NCBI RefSeq assembly: GCF_006345805.1
Contig: NC_043004.1
Span: 97,774,001 to 97,838,000, forward strand
Length of the DNA: 64,000 nt
Reading direction: 5' to 3'
Origin: Octopus sinensis
Lineage: Eukaryota
Position numbers and translations under genes: made by a program. The first letter of the stretch is position 1; each line of letters begins with the position of its first letter. Positions 48,939 to 62,691 of this stretch are shown in pieces. The notes below the pieces were generated by a model. It made no database searches. It had not been told where the DNA came from and saw only the letters and a program-made list of their open reading frames with translations.

Positions 48939-49364
48939 CGTGTGTGTGTGTGTATAGCGAGATAATTACACAAGTATACAAAGAAAGGGGGAGTGTGAGA
49001 CAGGTATTTTTATCTTTTTTTTTTTTCTCATTTTTTTCCGAGTTCTTAAAGTATATAATCGTATTTTTGTTTATTTTCGGGAGGGTTCTTGTTATGAAAA
49101 TGAAATATGTTTAATACCCGAGAATGCTAACAAATGGTTATGAATCAATGGGAACAAAAAATCTTCGAAATTTTCTTTTTTATTTTCCTCCACACTATTT
49201 TTTTTTCTTGCTTTCTCTATATTTCTCTCGTTCTCTAATGAAAGACTAAGATCCGAAACGTTAAGATAATTAATAATGCTGTTAAAGTGTTAGGTTAATA
49301 TCCCGTTTGTTAAATCTTGTTCATGAGTTATTAATTTGTATTGTGCATTATATTTGCACTTATA

Positions 49365-49437
<73 letters not shown>

Positions 49438-50694
49438 CGCATGTATGTATATAAAGATATTTCAATAGATATGTTTATACATAATTTTTTTATCTAAAGA
49501 AAGCCGTGTATCGAAGGGAATGAAATAGATTCATGTTTAAATTTGCTGAATTAAAAACATACTGTTATATGTCTTTTTAGTACACTACATAGTTACTTCA
49601 TCCTTTCGTGCAATGAAAATTATGCCTTCAAAGTTTTCCATAAAAACAAGATCATATTATGCAAACTTTTGGGATAAATACAAAGTCCCTTAAAGAAAAC
49701 TCTAGATAAAGTGTCTAAATTGTTATTTAGATTACAGCTACATTCGCTTGCCAAGACAGGAAACCGGGTTCAGCATTCGATAGCTGCGTAACTAACAAAT
49801 GGTAACCTAGTAGATTTTTTGATTAAATAAAGACCTGTTCCAATTAACATAATGACTTACAAAGATTCCTCTGTCGGTTAAGAAAGCTTAAAATCAATAT
49901 AAAGTGTCTGTCTTGTACACATTTAAAGTTTTTAAAAAATTCGTTTTTGAAGCTAAATCAAAAAATATTACATGGTTCGGAAAATTTTGACTAAAAAAAT
50001 ATACATATGCTCTAAAATGAAAGAATACACAAATTGTTATTAACAAGCTTTCAATTTTAACGAAAAACATCTTTAATATATAGTACAAAGGAATTTTTCT
50101 CGAAACTTCGTTTTTTAATGCTATTTCTGCTTACTTTAACAGATGTTGTGTAATAATTAAATTTTGACTTAAACAAGAAAAAGTGCATTTTTTTTTATGA
50201 ATCCAAGGAATAATAATAATAATAGTAGGAACATAGCCACAGTAAAATGCCATCGGAAAACTTCAATAAACGATTGATTTGAAGATTTTATTTTGCTTCA
50301 AAGGTTTTATTAAGGACATTAAGTAAAACGTGTTATTTTTTTCATATATTTGTAATACTATTTTTATAGATTGTATTAGCATTCATTGCTGGGTATGAGG
50401 TATGTGGACCGCACAGAGCAGACATTTTATATACGTATGTTTTCCTAATACGGAAGGTATGTTACATTTGAGGTAGGAGCAAGCAGCCAATTTGGCTGCC
50501 GCACAGGGCGGTCAAGGCCCACGCAACGTCTGTGTTGTTATTGCATGTCCTTGATTGAGACACTTTATCTCACTTTGCTCCTGTCACTTCAGCTGGCAAA
50601 AATGAGTTGTACCTGTATTTCAAAGGGTCAGCCCTGTCCTGTCACATTCTGAATTTCCTTGAGAACTACGTTAAGGGTATGCATGCCTATGAGG

Positions 50695-51110
50695 AGGCGG
50701 CGAGCTAGCAGAAACGTTAGCACGCCGGGCGAAATGCGTAGCCGTATTTCGTCTGCTGTTACGTTCTGAGTTCAAATGCCGCCGAGGTCGACTTTGCATT
50801 TCATCCTTTCGGGCTCGATAAATTAAGTACCAGTTACGCACTGGGGTCGATGTAATCAACTTAATCCGTTTGTCTGTCTTTGTTTGTCCTCTCTGTGTTT
50901 AGCCCCTTGTGGGTAATAAAGAAATAGGTATTTCGTCTGCCGCTATGTTCTGAGTTCAAATTCCGCCGAGGTCGACTTTGCATTTCATCCTTTCGGGGTC
51001 GATTAAATAAGTACCAGTTACGCACTGGGGTCGATGTAATCGACTTAATCCGTTTGTCTGTCCTTGTTAGTCCCCTCTGTGTTTAACCCCTTGTGAGTAG
51101 TAAAGAAATA
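50695..51110 (+). mobile_element. SINE family B with internal 184-bp tandem duplication, inserted into a family C-like SINE
   Basis: 19-bp TSD GGTATGCATG.CT..GAGG at 50676-50694 and 51111-51129. Confidence 0.9.
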
Positions 51111-52540
51111 GGTATGCATGTCTGCGAGGTGCTCAGTTTCTTGCACCTTAATTTCAAGAAAGGGCTGTTCCGTTGATCGGATCAACTGGAAACCTGGTCG
51201 TCCTAACCAGCAGAGTACCAGTATGTCAGTCAAAAGTGTACGTGATCAGTCCCTAGGACCTCTGTGCCAACATTCTAGGAGGACGGTTGGATGGAAAATG
51301 GGCTTGCAAGCAAGAAACACGAAGAAAGAGAGATGACACAAAAGACTAACGGTATATCTAGTGTAGTGCACGGTTGCAGCACGGGCGCGCAGTATATCGC
51401 AAGGTGTGGTGGTTGTGTCTGAAGCCCTCACTCGTCAACTGTTCGGAATCGCAAACTCATTCGTTTACATATACAGTTTCTGTGTTATTGATATTCTTTT
51501 GCCAGCCAAAATTACGATGCTTACTCTTTTATATTTCCATGTAATTTCTTTAGTACTTTCGATTATTTTTAAAATATGAAATTTGTGCTACAAAATAAAT
51601 TACAAGGAAACATTCTCAGCACTTAAAAGAAAGAAAAATTTAATTTGCTTCTTTTAATAATTAAATTAGCCGGTGCTAAGCAATCTTTGAATTTAGTCTA
51701 AAATAAAGTTTTAACGAAAACATCGCAGAGAGACTTGCCACATTTCAAATGATTGAAAAAAAATCCTTTCCTAACTTGAATTAATAAGCAGTGAGAAAAA
51801 AGAAACATCAACAGCGATTTAACAGATATATTGAAGTTTTTCTTTAAATTTTATGTTTTGTAAATACACTTAAGAAATTTATCCCGTCTTCTCGTTTGCA
51901 GCATTATTTATTTAGTACAGGTGTGTAAAAACAATTGTATTATGTCATCATATTAAAGATGTAGATGTATTTGCATACATGCACACAACTACACATATAT
52001 ATGGAGTCTGCTGTCAGCAAATCAGTAAACCATTTTCTTGGAACAAGTGAGTTTTATGTGAATGCGTGGGTGAAATATATAGTTTACTGTTCCATCAAAG
52101 TATGATCAATAAAGGAGTACTCCTCTCACTCAGTCAGAGGTAAATATTTTCCAAATAGAACAAACCACACCAGAGCCAGAAATTGCTTGTAGACACAAGG
52201 CAGTTATAAAAATCTCCCTAAACACGTATCTCAATGGCAAGTAACTATTAGTAGCTCTTACTTTAATACAATGCTACTATTTTATGAAGGTTTCCTATCT
52301 TGTCGTTGAAAGCTCAAAATGGGGAGTAATTAACAGTCGACAACTGAGCAAGAGTCAGACTTCTTTTGGTATTTTGTTCCGCACTTGAATCTCATTATGT
52401 GTTTACGTATTTTTCACTCGTTGATGATGTCCTGCACTTGATGTAAATATATATATATTCTAGTCAAAATGTGACCTCGTGTGTACCGTTGGAGATTTTT
52501 TTCCTCCGTCTTCCCTTCTCTGGATCTTTCCTTCTCCTAT

Positions 52541-52575
52541 GTTTCTGACGAAGAGCTCCGCTCGAAACGTTAAAC
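52541..52575 (+). ncRNA. Minimal type I hammerhead ribozyme in a PLE pLTR-like repeat
   Basis: GTTT-CTGACGA-A-GAGC tcc GCTC-GAAAC-GTT-AAAC: intact core, stems I and II, palindromic stem III. Confidence 0.75.
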
Positions 52576-52668
52576 CCTCCTCTTTCCTTCTTTCCTGAGC
52601 GTCCAATAATACTATATTTGTTCCACGTCATCGCGTTGTTGTGGTTTTGTGCTTTCTTGTTTGGATTA

Positions 52669-52709
<41 letters not shown>

Positions 52710-52825
52710 ATATATACATATATATATTTACATCAAGTATATATATATATATATAATATATATATATATATACATACATATATATATACATATATATATA
52801 TACATACACACACACACACATATAT

Positions 52826-52858
<33 letters not shown>

Positions 52859-53861
52859 CTGTCCCTCTTATTAGATTATATTGTTAAGACCCTTTATCAT
52901 CCAGAGTTCATTAGTAACGTTATGCAACTTTCTTTCGTCGTACCTCAAATATGTCTTGGAACGTAGATATGATATGTCATTAGCTTATCCCCTTACCGTC
53001 TGGATTATCGTCTCAACTAGGAAACGCGATATTATAACTTATGTTGGGCCTGCTGCCGAAGTTCTTTGCTTCCATCCATTATTTTCCTCCTTCTTAGTCG
53101 CTGATTTCCTTCAGTTCTGCGACTCAAGTATTTAAATTATAACCATCTGCTCCGATTCATTAGTGTTACTAATTTATTAAATGATTGTTTTGTCACTATT
53201 TTAGTATACTACCAAGTCATATTATTAAGTCTCTATTTCCAAAGAATTGTGTATATACTGTTCGTTTAAACCATTCATTTGTTCCTCTCTTTCCCACCCT
53301 TTTCATTGCCCACTATCTGTCTGGATTCTTAGCACATGGGGTCGAATGCCACTGCTGTAACTTTGATTCGTCTGCGCCTCTATTTTGTGAACATACTTTC
53401 AATCACAAGATTCAGTAAACGATATAACGGGGGCAGATTCTAGTCTACTTTTGTTGCTAGCACATAGACGTTCTCTGGATCTGAGCATACACAAACACAC
53501 ACATACACACACACTCGAGTGTGTGTATGTGTACGTGTGTGTGTATGTGTGTTTATGTGCCTTCATGTGTGTATCTCTGTATGCAAGTATGTATATATTT
53601 ACACGTACACAAATACACCCACATATAATATTTTATCTTTAATTGGCAAAAATTATAAAAGTGACTCAGTACCGAAGAGCTTCCTACATATGTGTCGTGA
53701 GCGAAACTTTCAGTCCTTGGGATACTTTCTGCCAATTAATAAAATTAATGTTAATATAATTACGTATTCGATTCTATTTCTTCTGAAAATGAAAAATTCA
53801 CAAAATTCTTCATGTGCTAAATTATATTGAAAATAAAAAAGAAAGTACTGTGAAATCTTTT

Positions 53862-54266
53862 AGGAGTGGCTGTGTGGTAAGTACCTTGCTTACCAACCAC
53901 ATGGCTTCGGGTTCAGTCCCACTGCGTGGCATCTTGGGCAAGTGTCTTCTACTATAGCTTCGGGCCAACCAAAGCCTTGTGAGTGGATTTGGTAGACGGA
54001 AACTGAAAGAAGCCCGTCGTATATATGTATATACAAATATATGTATGTGTGTATGTTTGTGTGTCTGTGTTTGTCCCCCTAGCATTGCTTGACAACCGAT
54101 GCTGGTGTGTTTACGTCCCCGTTACTTAGCGGTTCGGCAAAAGAGACCGATAGAATAAGTACTGGGCTTGCAAAGAATAAGTCCTGGGGTCGATTTGCTC
54201 GACTAAAGGCGGTGCTCCAGCATGACCGCAGTCAAATGACTGAAACAAGTAAAAGAGTAAAAGAGT
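53862..54266 (+). mobile_element. SINE family A
   Basis: Complete body. Confidence 0.9.
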
Positions 54267-54712
54267 ATGGCTTTATGACAGAAATGGAACGTTCATGAAA
54301 TGAAGCAGGTTCAGGAATATTTATACAAAATGAAACCGGTTGATTATATTCTGTAAACATTCCGTTTTTATCATGAATTATAAACATTTCAATGCACTTT
54401 CTACTCTAAATTCTCTTTCTTACCTTAACTCCCTCTTTCTGTCTGTGTCTCTGTGTATCTGTCTGTTTCCCTCTCTTTCTCTTTCTGTATGTTTGTGTGT
54501 GTAACGTAATGTCTGATTATTACTCGTGGGGGGAATGGGAACTCAATGTGTAAACAACGTATAGATAATCTTTTAATAGCTTAAATTGTTATAACAGTCA
54601 CTGAAGTTCTTATAGATATGTGACAATCGCTTGTCAAACTAACATGTGACTTGTAAATGAATCTCTAGGCCCTTAAATCTCCCCTGGAGCTATCTTATCT
54701 ATATACATATAT

Positions 54713-54754
<42 letters not shown>

Positions 54755-55086
54755 ATATATTATATATATATATATGTATATATGTATATATATGTATATA
54801 TATGTGTATATATATATATATATATACATACATATATATATACATCTAAATATATAATACACACACACACACACACATATGTGTGTATGTAAGTACATAC
54901 ATGAACAGAGACACTGAGAGAGGATATCTTTTATCAGCTATGATTGCCCTGAGTTCTCCAACTGTTTACAAAAGCAAACTTACCTATCTGTACGCATGTG
55001 TATACGTGTATATTTGTATGCCTGTATGTATGTATGTATGTATGTATGTACTTGCGTATACATAATCCATACCTACACATATACAT

Positions 55087-55143
<57 letters not shown>

Positions 55144-56151
55144 GACATTTTGAACAAAAAGAATAGTAAACAATATGACAAAAATGTTTTAGAACAGTAA
55201 ATATAAAGTTAGGTATTAAAGATAATTTACCGATATTCTCTTAATCTCATTTTGATCATTTTATCATGCACGATTTTGCTCACTTTATCTCCCTACCTCT
55301 TCTTTTCTCTCCAAAACTACACACAAGCATCACCCTCTCTCTCCCTCACTCTCACTCACAGACACACTTCCCTTCTGTTTCTTTCTCTTTTATCATCTGT
55401 TAATCTATTTTAGTTCCATCTGTTCTGTTTTCTCTCTAACATATTTCAGTCTCAATCGATCTTATTGAATCTCTTTCACATTTAATTATTTGTTTTCTTT
55501 TATTAGTCTCAAAAATTTACTATCTCTCTCTCGCTCTCTCCCTCTCTAATTCTACATTCCACTCCATTAAAGTCACTATCTATTTAATTTAATGGCTCAA
55601 ATTTCTTCTTCTCTATTTATACTTCTGTATGCCACCCTCTCGTTTGCTGTTTCTTTCTGTTACTCTCATCCCCATCTTTGGCTCTGAGCTTTTCTCCTTT
55701 TCTCTTATTTTCTGTCGATCACAAACTCTCTCCCCGTTATAGTTTTGCGCTGTGTGCGTGTTTCTTTTCTCTCTCCTTCTTTAGCTAATCTCTTATTCTC
55801 TGTTTCTTTACGTCTTATATATCTCTTGTTCTCTTTTACTGTCTTTCCTACTTGTTGCTCGTCTCTGTATAAATCCCCGGATTTTCCTCTCTCTATAGCT
55901 CTCTGCTACTTGCATCTCCACACTCTTCGTTCTCTGGTTCTCCTACTACCTTCCATCTCTAACGTCGCCAACAATCAGACGAAGACAAGAAGCAACAGGT
56001 TTCTTAAATCCCGAGACACTTGATTCCAGAACTTTTTATCATTCTTCTTGTAATACTGCCTTCAGACCTTAAACGCTTAAATTGCCTGCGACACATACGC
56101 GCGCGCACACGCTCACAAATACTCATGCGCATACATGCGCACATACGCACA

Positions 56152-56193
<42 letters not shown>

Positions 56194-56649
56194 AATACAC
56201 AAACACACACACAAACGAGGAGCAATCCGAGCATGGATTAGTTGAAGAGATGCACATAGTTTCAGGATGTTGCATAATCTACTTAGAAGATAGATTGAAC
56301 TTTAAGTAATTTTTGGTTTTTCTGGCAGAAAGAGAGTGGTTTTGAAGAGTTCACCAAATTCTTCATTGTGGAGAAATTTCTGGTATTTGAACAGATATAT
56401 GTTGAATGATTTTCATTTCAACTCATCCTCTGTCGCCATCCATTTCTTTGTTTTTCTTTCTTTCTCTCCGCCCTTCTTTCTTTCTTTTTTTCTTTCTTTT
56501 TTTCTTTTTTTCTTTTTTTCTTTTTTTCTTTCTTTCTGTTTTTCTTGTTACTTCCATTCTTTCTTTTGTTTCAGTTTCCTCACCTCTTTGAAAGGGCACA
56601 CATATGCACATACACACACGCACTCATTCATAGACAATATATATGTATA

Positions 56650-56990
56650 ACCACGTGATCTTCGGTTCAATCTCACTGCAAAGCCCCTTGAGCAAATGTT
56701 TTACTATAGCCCAAGGCCGACTAAAGCCTTGTGTGTGGATTTGGTCGACAGAAACTGAAAGAAGCTATCGTATGGATGTATCTATGCGTGTGTATTTTTG
56801 TGTTTGTATTGTCTTTTCCCCTACCACCGCTGAGCAACCGTTGTTGGTTTGTCTACATTCCTGTAACTTACTGGTTCGGCAAAAAAGATAACACTAGAAT
56901 AAATATCAAGCAGAAAAAAATAAATAAGCACTGCGGACAATTTGTTTGACTCAACACAGCGTGGAGGCATTCTTATGGCTAAAACAAGTG
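56650..56990 (+). mobile_element. SINE family A, old copy
   Basis: Degenerate. Confidence 0.65.
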
Positions 56991-57028
56991 AAAAACACAT
57001 AAGATAACACATAGATTATGATGTATGA

Positions 57029-57229
57029 GGCGTAGGAGTGGCTGCGTGGTAGTTTGCTTACGAACCACATAGTTCCGGGTTCAGTCCCACTGCGTGGCAC
57101 CTTGGGAAAGTGTCTTCTACTATAACCTCTGGCCGACCAAAGCCTTGTGAGTGGAATTGGTAGACAGAAACTGAAAGAATCCCGTCGTATATATACATAT
57201 ATATATATATATATATAATATATATATAT

Positions 57230-57264
<35 letters not shown>

Positions 57265-57490
57265 ATATGTTCGTGTGTCTGTTTGTCTCCCAATATCGCT
57301 TGACAAACGATGCTGGTGTGTTTACGTCCCCGTAACTTAACGGTTCGGCAAAAGAGCCCAATAGAATACGTACTAGGCTAACAAAGAATAAGTCCTGCGG
57401 TCGATTTGTTCGACTAAAGGCGGTGCTCCAGCATGGCCTCAGTCAAATGACTGAAACAAGTAAAAATAGTAAAAAAAAATGAAAAAAGAG
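57029..57490 (+). mobile_element. SINE family A, full length
   Basis: Complete head to tail. Confidence 0.9.
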
Positions 57491-57769
57491 TATGCACAGT
57501 TGTATGTTAAAAATTGTTTATATTGTCACCGGTATGGATGTATGTTTAAAAATGCGTCGTAACCATATGGTCTCTCATTCGTTCCTACCGCACACTAATT
57601 TGTTGAAGTGTTTCCATTAAAGTGTATCGATAACTCATAAGCTGCGAGTGGGATTTGATTGACAGAAAATATGCAAAGAGCAGTTGTGTACACGCAGGCA
57701 CACACAAAAACATAAACATATTAAAAAGCTATTGTTTGTCGACGAATGAGGCATATAATACTGAATACA

Positions 57770-58001
57770 AAGGCGGCGAGCTGGCAGAACCGTTAGCAAG
57801 CCGGGCGAAATGCGTAGCCATATTTCGTCTGCCGTTATGTTCTGGGTTCAAATTCCCCCGAGGTCGACTTTGCCTTTCATCCTTTCGGGGTCGATAAATT
57901 AAGTACCAGTTACGCACTGAGGTCGATGTAATCGATTTAATCCGTTTGTCTGTCCTTGTTTGTCCCCTCTATGTTTAGCCCTTTGTAGGTAGTAAAGAAA
58001 T
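57770..58001 (+). mobile_element. SINE family B with 17-bp TSD
   Basis: ATATAATACTGAATACA at 57753-57769 and 58002-58018. Confidence 0.92.
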
Positions 58002-59189
58002 ATATAATACTGAATACAGCACGTGGAATATATAGTCAACTTAAACTGAATCCCTTTCTGGAAAAGCAAGTTTCATGCCATGGCAATCATCAAGCGAGAA
58101 CTGCAATTACTAGGTATTTATTTTCTTTCTTATTCATCGGCATGGCTATGGCTAATTGTCAATGCGTTTATTATTCGCACTTATTTGTCAATCAAACTGG
58201 TATTTTTTCTTCGGTTCTTCTGGTTTATTTCCTGTTTTCGAATTTTCTTGGCTTTGTCATTATGTAAAATGTTATTTGTCGTTCTGGTATCAGAAAGTGT
58301 TTTCTGTCTTTGGTTCGACGAGCACATTTCCTTTTTGCCAACACACTTATACTACAATCGTTGATTAACTTTCTAATATATTGATTTGAAAAGCTTTATT
58401 TGTTTTTTTTTGTTTCCTTTTATCGGTTCATTGTCATCCTGTTTTTGTCAAAGGTGGCCATTTAATTTTTCATGGTCTAGTAGTTTGTTGGATTTGGCTC
58501 GGAATCTAGGAATTTAATTATATATATGCATACATACATACGTGCGCCCATATATACATACATACAACGATACATACATACATATATACATACACACATA
58601 TGTATGTATATGTGCGTGTATGTATATATTATATATACTTATACTAATGCATGTGTATATACTTGTATTAGTGTATGTATATGCGTGGATGTATGTATGT
58701 ATATAAATGCATACTATATATACATATGTATTTAGCTATATAGCTGTATACGTAAAGGGAGATACACACACGCACACATACATAGACACATAGACACATA
58801 GATAGATAGATAGATAGATAGATACATACATACATACATACATACATACGTACATACACGAAAACATGTACGAACATTTATATTCACGTGTTCTCTATGT
58901 ATATATAAACATATGTGTAGCGATTTGTATATTCGGTTTGAAATGTCTGTCTTGAGTTCGGGCCCTGTTAATGCTTGAATGTATATACTTTCGTGTTTCG
59001 AAATCGTTTGTGGTGATCGAGAAACAAAAATCAACCAATTTCTTACACGAATGAAATAAATACTTTGAACAAGATGACTTCTGAGGATGTAGAAAATATA
59101 TATGGGAACTGATATATACTTATACTTCATACGTAGGCTCAAATGATTACGAAATGACACGTTTAGTGATTAGAGGCTTATAATATAGA

Positions 59190-60200
59190 AAGTGACAGAA
59201 AATTTCAATGAAACAGTCTACTTTAGAAGATGATAATGTTTGAATGGTACAAGTTATAACACCAAAATAGCTAAAGCATAGTCCAGGAGCAAATGGAAGA
59301 AAAGGAAGAAGAAGAAACAAGGTGAGAAAGTTAGAAGAGAAACTGAAAGTAAAAGATCTACTTGTAGCCAGCGCGATGAAGATCAGAGGCACGACGTACG
59401 TAGGAGCGCAAAAAAATCTCTCAGTGTGAATCAGAACATTGGTAGTGAGAAGTAGAGGATAACGATGCACTTGACCTTAATGACATGGAAAACTAATTTG
59501 GAATTGTTTCGAAGCGATATTGCTGGATGAAAGGACTATACGTGCAGACGTACAAAGACTGACCAGTTTATAACGTGGATAACTGTACAGTCAAATGGAT
59601 AATTGAAGATATGAAGGGAGGAAAGTAACTGGATGAATTATGAAAGGTGACTAAGATTCTAAGAATATATGAAGCAGAAGCGCTAGCCACTCGCAGAGTC
59701 AATCAAATGGTACAAGGAGGCGTCATTCATAATGACCGGCATAAAAGTATCATTAGATAGAGTAGCATGGTCCACGATGATGCACAGAAATAGAGAAAGT
59801 ATACAGGTATCAAATGATGAACCATGTTATGAAGATAAGCGGAAGAGTTAGCACAGCTGAGAAAAGAATTAGGTTACACGAAATACAATTCGAGTTTGCG
59901 CCAGGCCGAGTACCACCGATGTTTGTTTTTCCTAATCAGCCAACTACGGAAGTGTTTAGTTAGGTTCAAGCTTCACGTCCTAGCATTCGGTAACCTCGAG
60001 AAGATTTTCAAGAGAGTTAACAATTTAGTGGTTGTTAAGATACTAAGTGTAGAGGAATGGCTGTGAGAACCGAGTAATGTATATGAAGGGTACTATCGTC
60101 AAGGCTATAAGAAGCAAGAAACTTAGTAGAAATTTAATATGGTTGGTGGTTATCACGGTGTGATTCTTAGCCTCTTCTACTAATCATTGCTCTTTCCAGA
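59190..60200 (+). pseudogene. Old RTE LINE reverse transcriptase relic
   Basis: Degenerate GIK.MNHVMKI, QFEFAPGR.TTD, AFGNLEKIFKRV (AFVDLEKAFDRV), VEEWL and G.H.G..LS.LL motifs in the correct order. Confidence 0.8.
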
Positions 60201-60238
60201 TTATAAGAAATTTTCAATCTCATTCTGAGATTTAATTA

Positions 60239-60566
60239 TGCTTACTGTCCGTTTTTCGACGTCAGTGGCAGACGCCACTAGAAAACCTTATATATTTGCA
60301 AAGCAGCCTTCACTTTCATCGCGACCTGGTGGTTACCGCCCGTTGACAAGGGACAAAAATCCCGAAACTAGTTCGAGCGTATCACTCAGGCTTGCGAGGA
60401 AGGGATGGCCTCCCTTTGCAAATACTCGAAGGGCACTGATATTGTGTCTAAAGCCAGCTAGAGACGACGATTTCTTGGGGCTATAAAGCTACAGTAACAC
60501 CCCCTCCCCAATGTGGTTAGCCATGATAAGATGGCTTCTATACTTTACATTATCGAGCGATTACTG
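60239..60566. mobile_element. Unclassified 328-bp insertion flanked by perfect 27-bp direct repeats
   Basis: TTTCAATCTCATTCTGAGATTTAATTA at 60212-60238 and 60567-60593. Confidence 0.75.
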
Positions 60567-61193
60567 TTTCAATCTCATTCTGAGATTTAATTAATAAAAG
60601 AATTGCTAAACACGAAATCAAGAAGTAAGACAAGCAAACACTAAAGACGTACAATTCTTTACTATTATATCTAGAAAGTGGCCATCTGAAATATATGGGT
60701 AGGAATTATATTCTTTGTAGCCAATGTACTATCTGTAACATTAGAGGATTTCGGTGATTTCACAGTCGGCTAACAGAAGTAAAAACTTCCTATGCGCAAG
60801 AGAAGCACAACTATGGAGTGCATTCATCTCAACCACTTTCACTCTTTCACACTTTTCTAATTTTCTTCTATAGTTTTCTTCTAAGGAAGCACTAGCGTCT
60901 AAAACGTTAAGGCTATCTCCCTTCCACATTTAAGCGTTTAACTAATGTATTATTTGGGAAAATTTTTCTCTTCTGTATTTTTGTTTTGTTCATTGTCCAT
61001 TGCCTTCACAATTATTTCAAATGCCCAGAATACTTCCCCAGAAGTAACTCATTTGGTTTCATAAACATACATGAACTAATTAGCAGAAGAAATGTTAGTG
61101 TTCTAAAAGCACACCATTTAAGGTAAGAATCAGTAGCTATAATTACGGTTCATAATGAAATGAACTCCCTCCATCCATCCATCCCTCTCTCTT

Positions 61194-61230
<37 letters not shown>

Positions 61231-62551
61231 CAGTAAATCGAAGTCTGTACGAGACTTGTGTAAAGAATGTAGTATTGCAAGGCGATGTTACTTCTGCTTC
61301 AAATGTGGAGTGGATATGAATGTTCTAAAGAAATTAGGCAAGGATATTTCGAAGGATGTGCATTGTTAGTGTGCATGAACGATGGAGCATAAACTGAAAA
61401 AAAAGTGAGTATAAGAGGAATCAGCTGTAGTGTTCTGGAACAAACATGGGATGTGCATGAGAAATAGCATTTGAGATTGGAAGCACCAAATAATTCAAGT
61501 GCAAAGAATTTGTAGAGAAGGAAAAAAACTAAAAAGAAATGGCTAGCAGCAGCGAGTATACTGAAGTTCAAAAAGAAGTCTACAACAGACATAGAAGAAC
61601 AGATATAAAATTAGGTATATACACACATTCAGACTCTCACATAAATATATATTTTTATATGTGTGGACGTACGTGTGTTTGTGTAGGTATATATGTCTGT
61701 ATGTGCCTTTTTTTAATATACACGTACACTTTACTATACATGCACTCATATGTATGCACAGGCTGAAAGATAGATAAGTAGACAGACAGACAGATAGATA
61801 GATAGACAGAAAGGTATATAGATAGACAGTTAGCTGGATAGATAGAATGACAGTTGGGTATGTCGGCAGATGAATAAATATACAATATATAACATATATG
61901 CATATACATCTATATGCATGTGCATTTATATATTTAAAGATATGTAAATATACATGTACATATACATGCATATATATATACACACACACACATATATATA
62001 TATATATGTAGGTATATAAATCTATAAACACACATACATATAAACAATTACGTATGACTGTATATGTATACACGAGCATGTAAGTATTTGCAGATAAAGT
62101 ATAATTACGGCTATGAATAAATAAGTGCATTTATATATACATATAAATGCGATTATGAGTGTGTGGATGTGTGTGTTGTGCTATATTTAACTAAATACTA
62201 AAAGTGATTGATTCCAAAGATTTAAAATCTCTTATTAAATCACTCTTCAGAAGAGCATGCTGAAATCACCCAACCAGACATTACTTTACGTTCAAAATCC
62301 ATTGAAGGAATCTACCTTTAAAAAGCAAGCTTTTTATTAAGAAACTAATAAATTATATGGCACAGATTAAGCAGTCTATACGCTAATAACTAGTACCATT
62401 TCTCAATTTAACAACACGCAATTTATTATATTAATGAAATGCACTCAAAAGCACCAACTTCATAGAAAAGCTCATTCAGTATTGTATATTAAACGAATGC
62501 ATATAACACTTGCATGTGTATGCATATAAATTTATACACATATTAATATAT

Positions 62552-62593
<42 letters not shown>

Positions 62594-62639
62594 CTATATG
62601 TATATGTATGTATACATATGTATGTATTTACGTATATAT

Positions 62640-62691
<52 letters not shown>

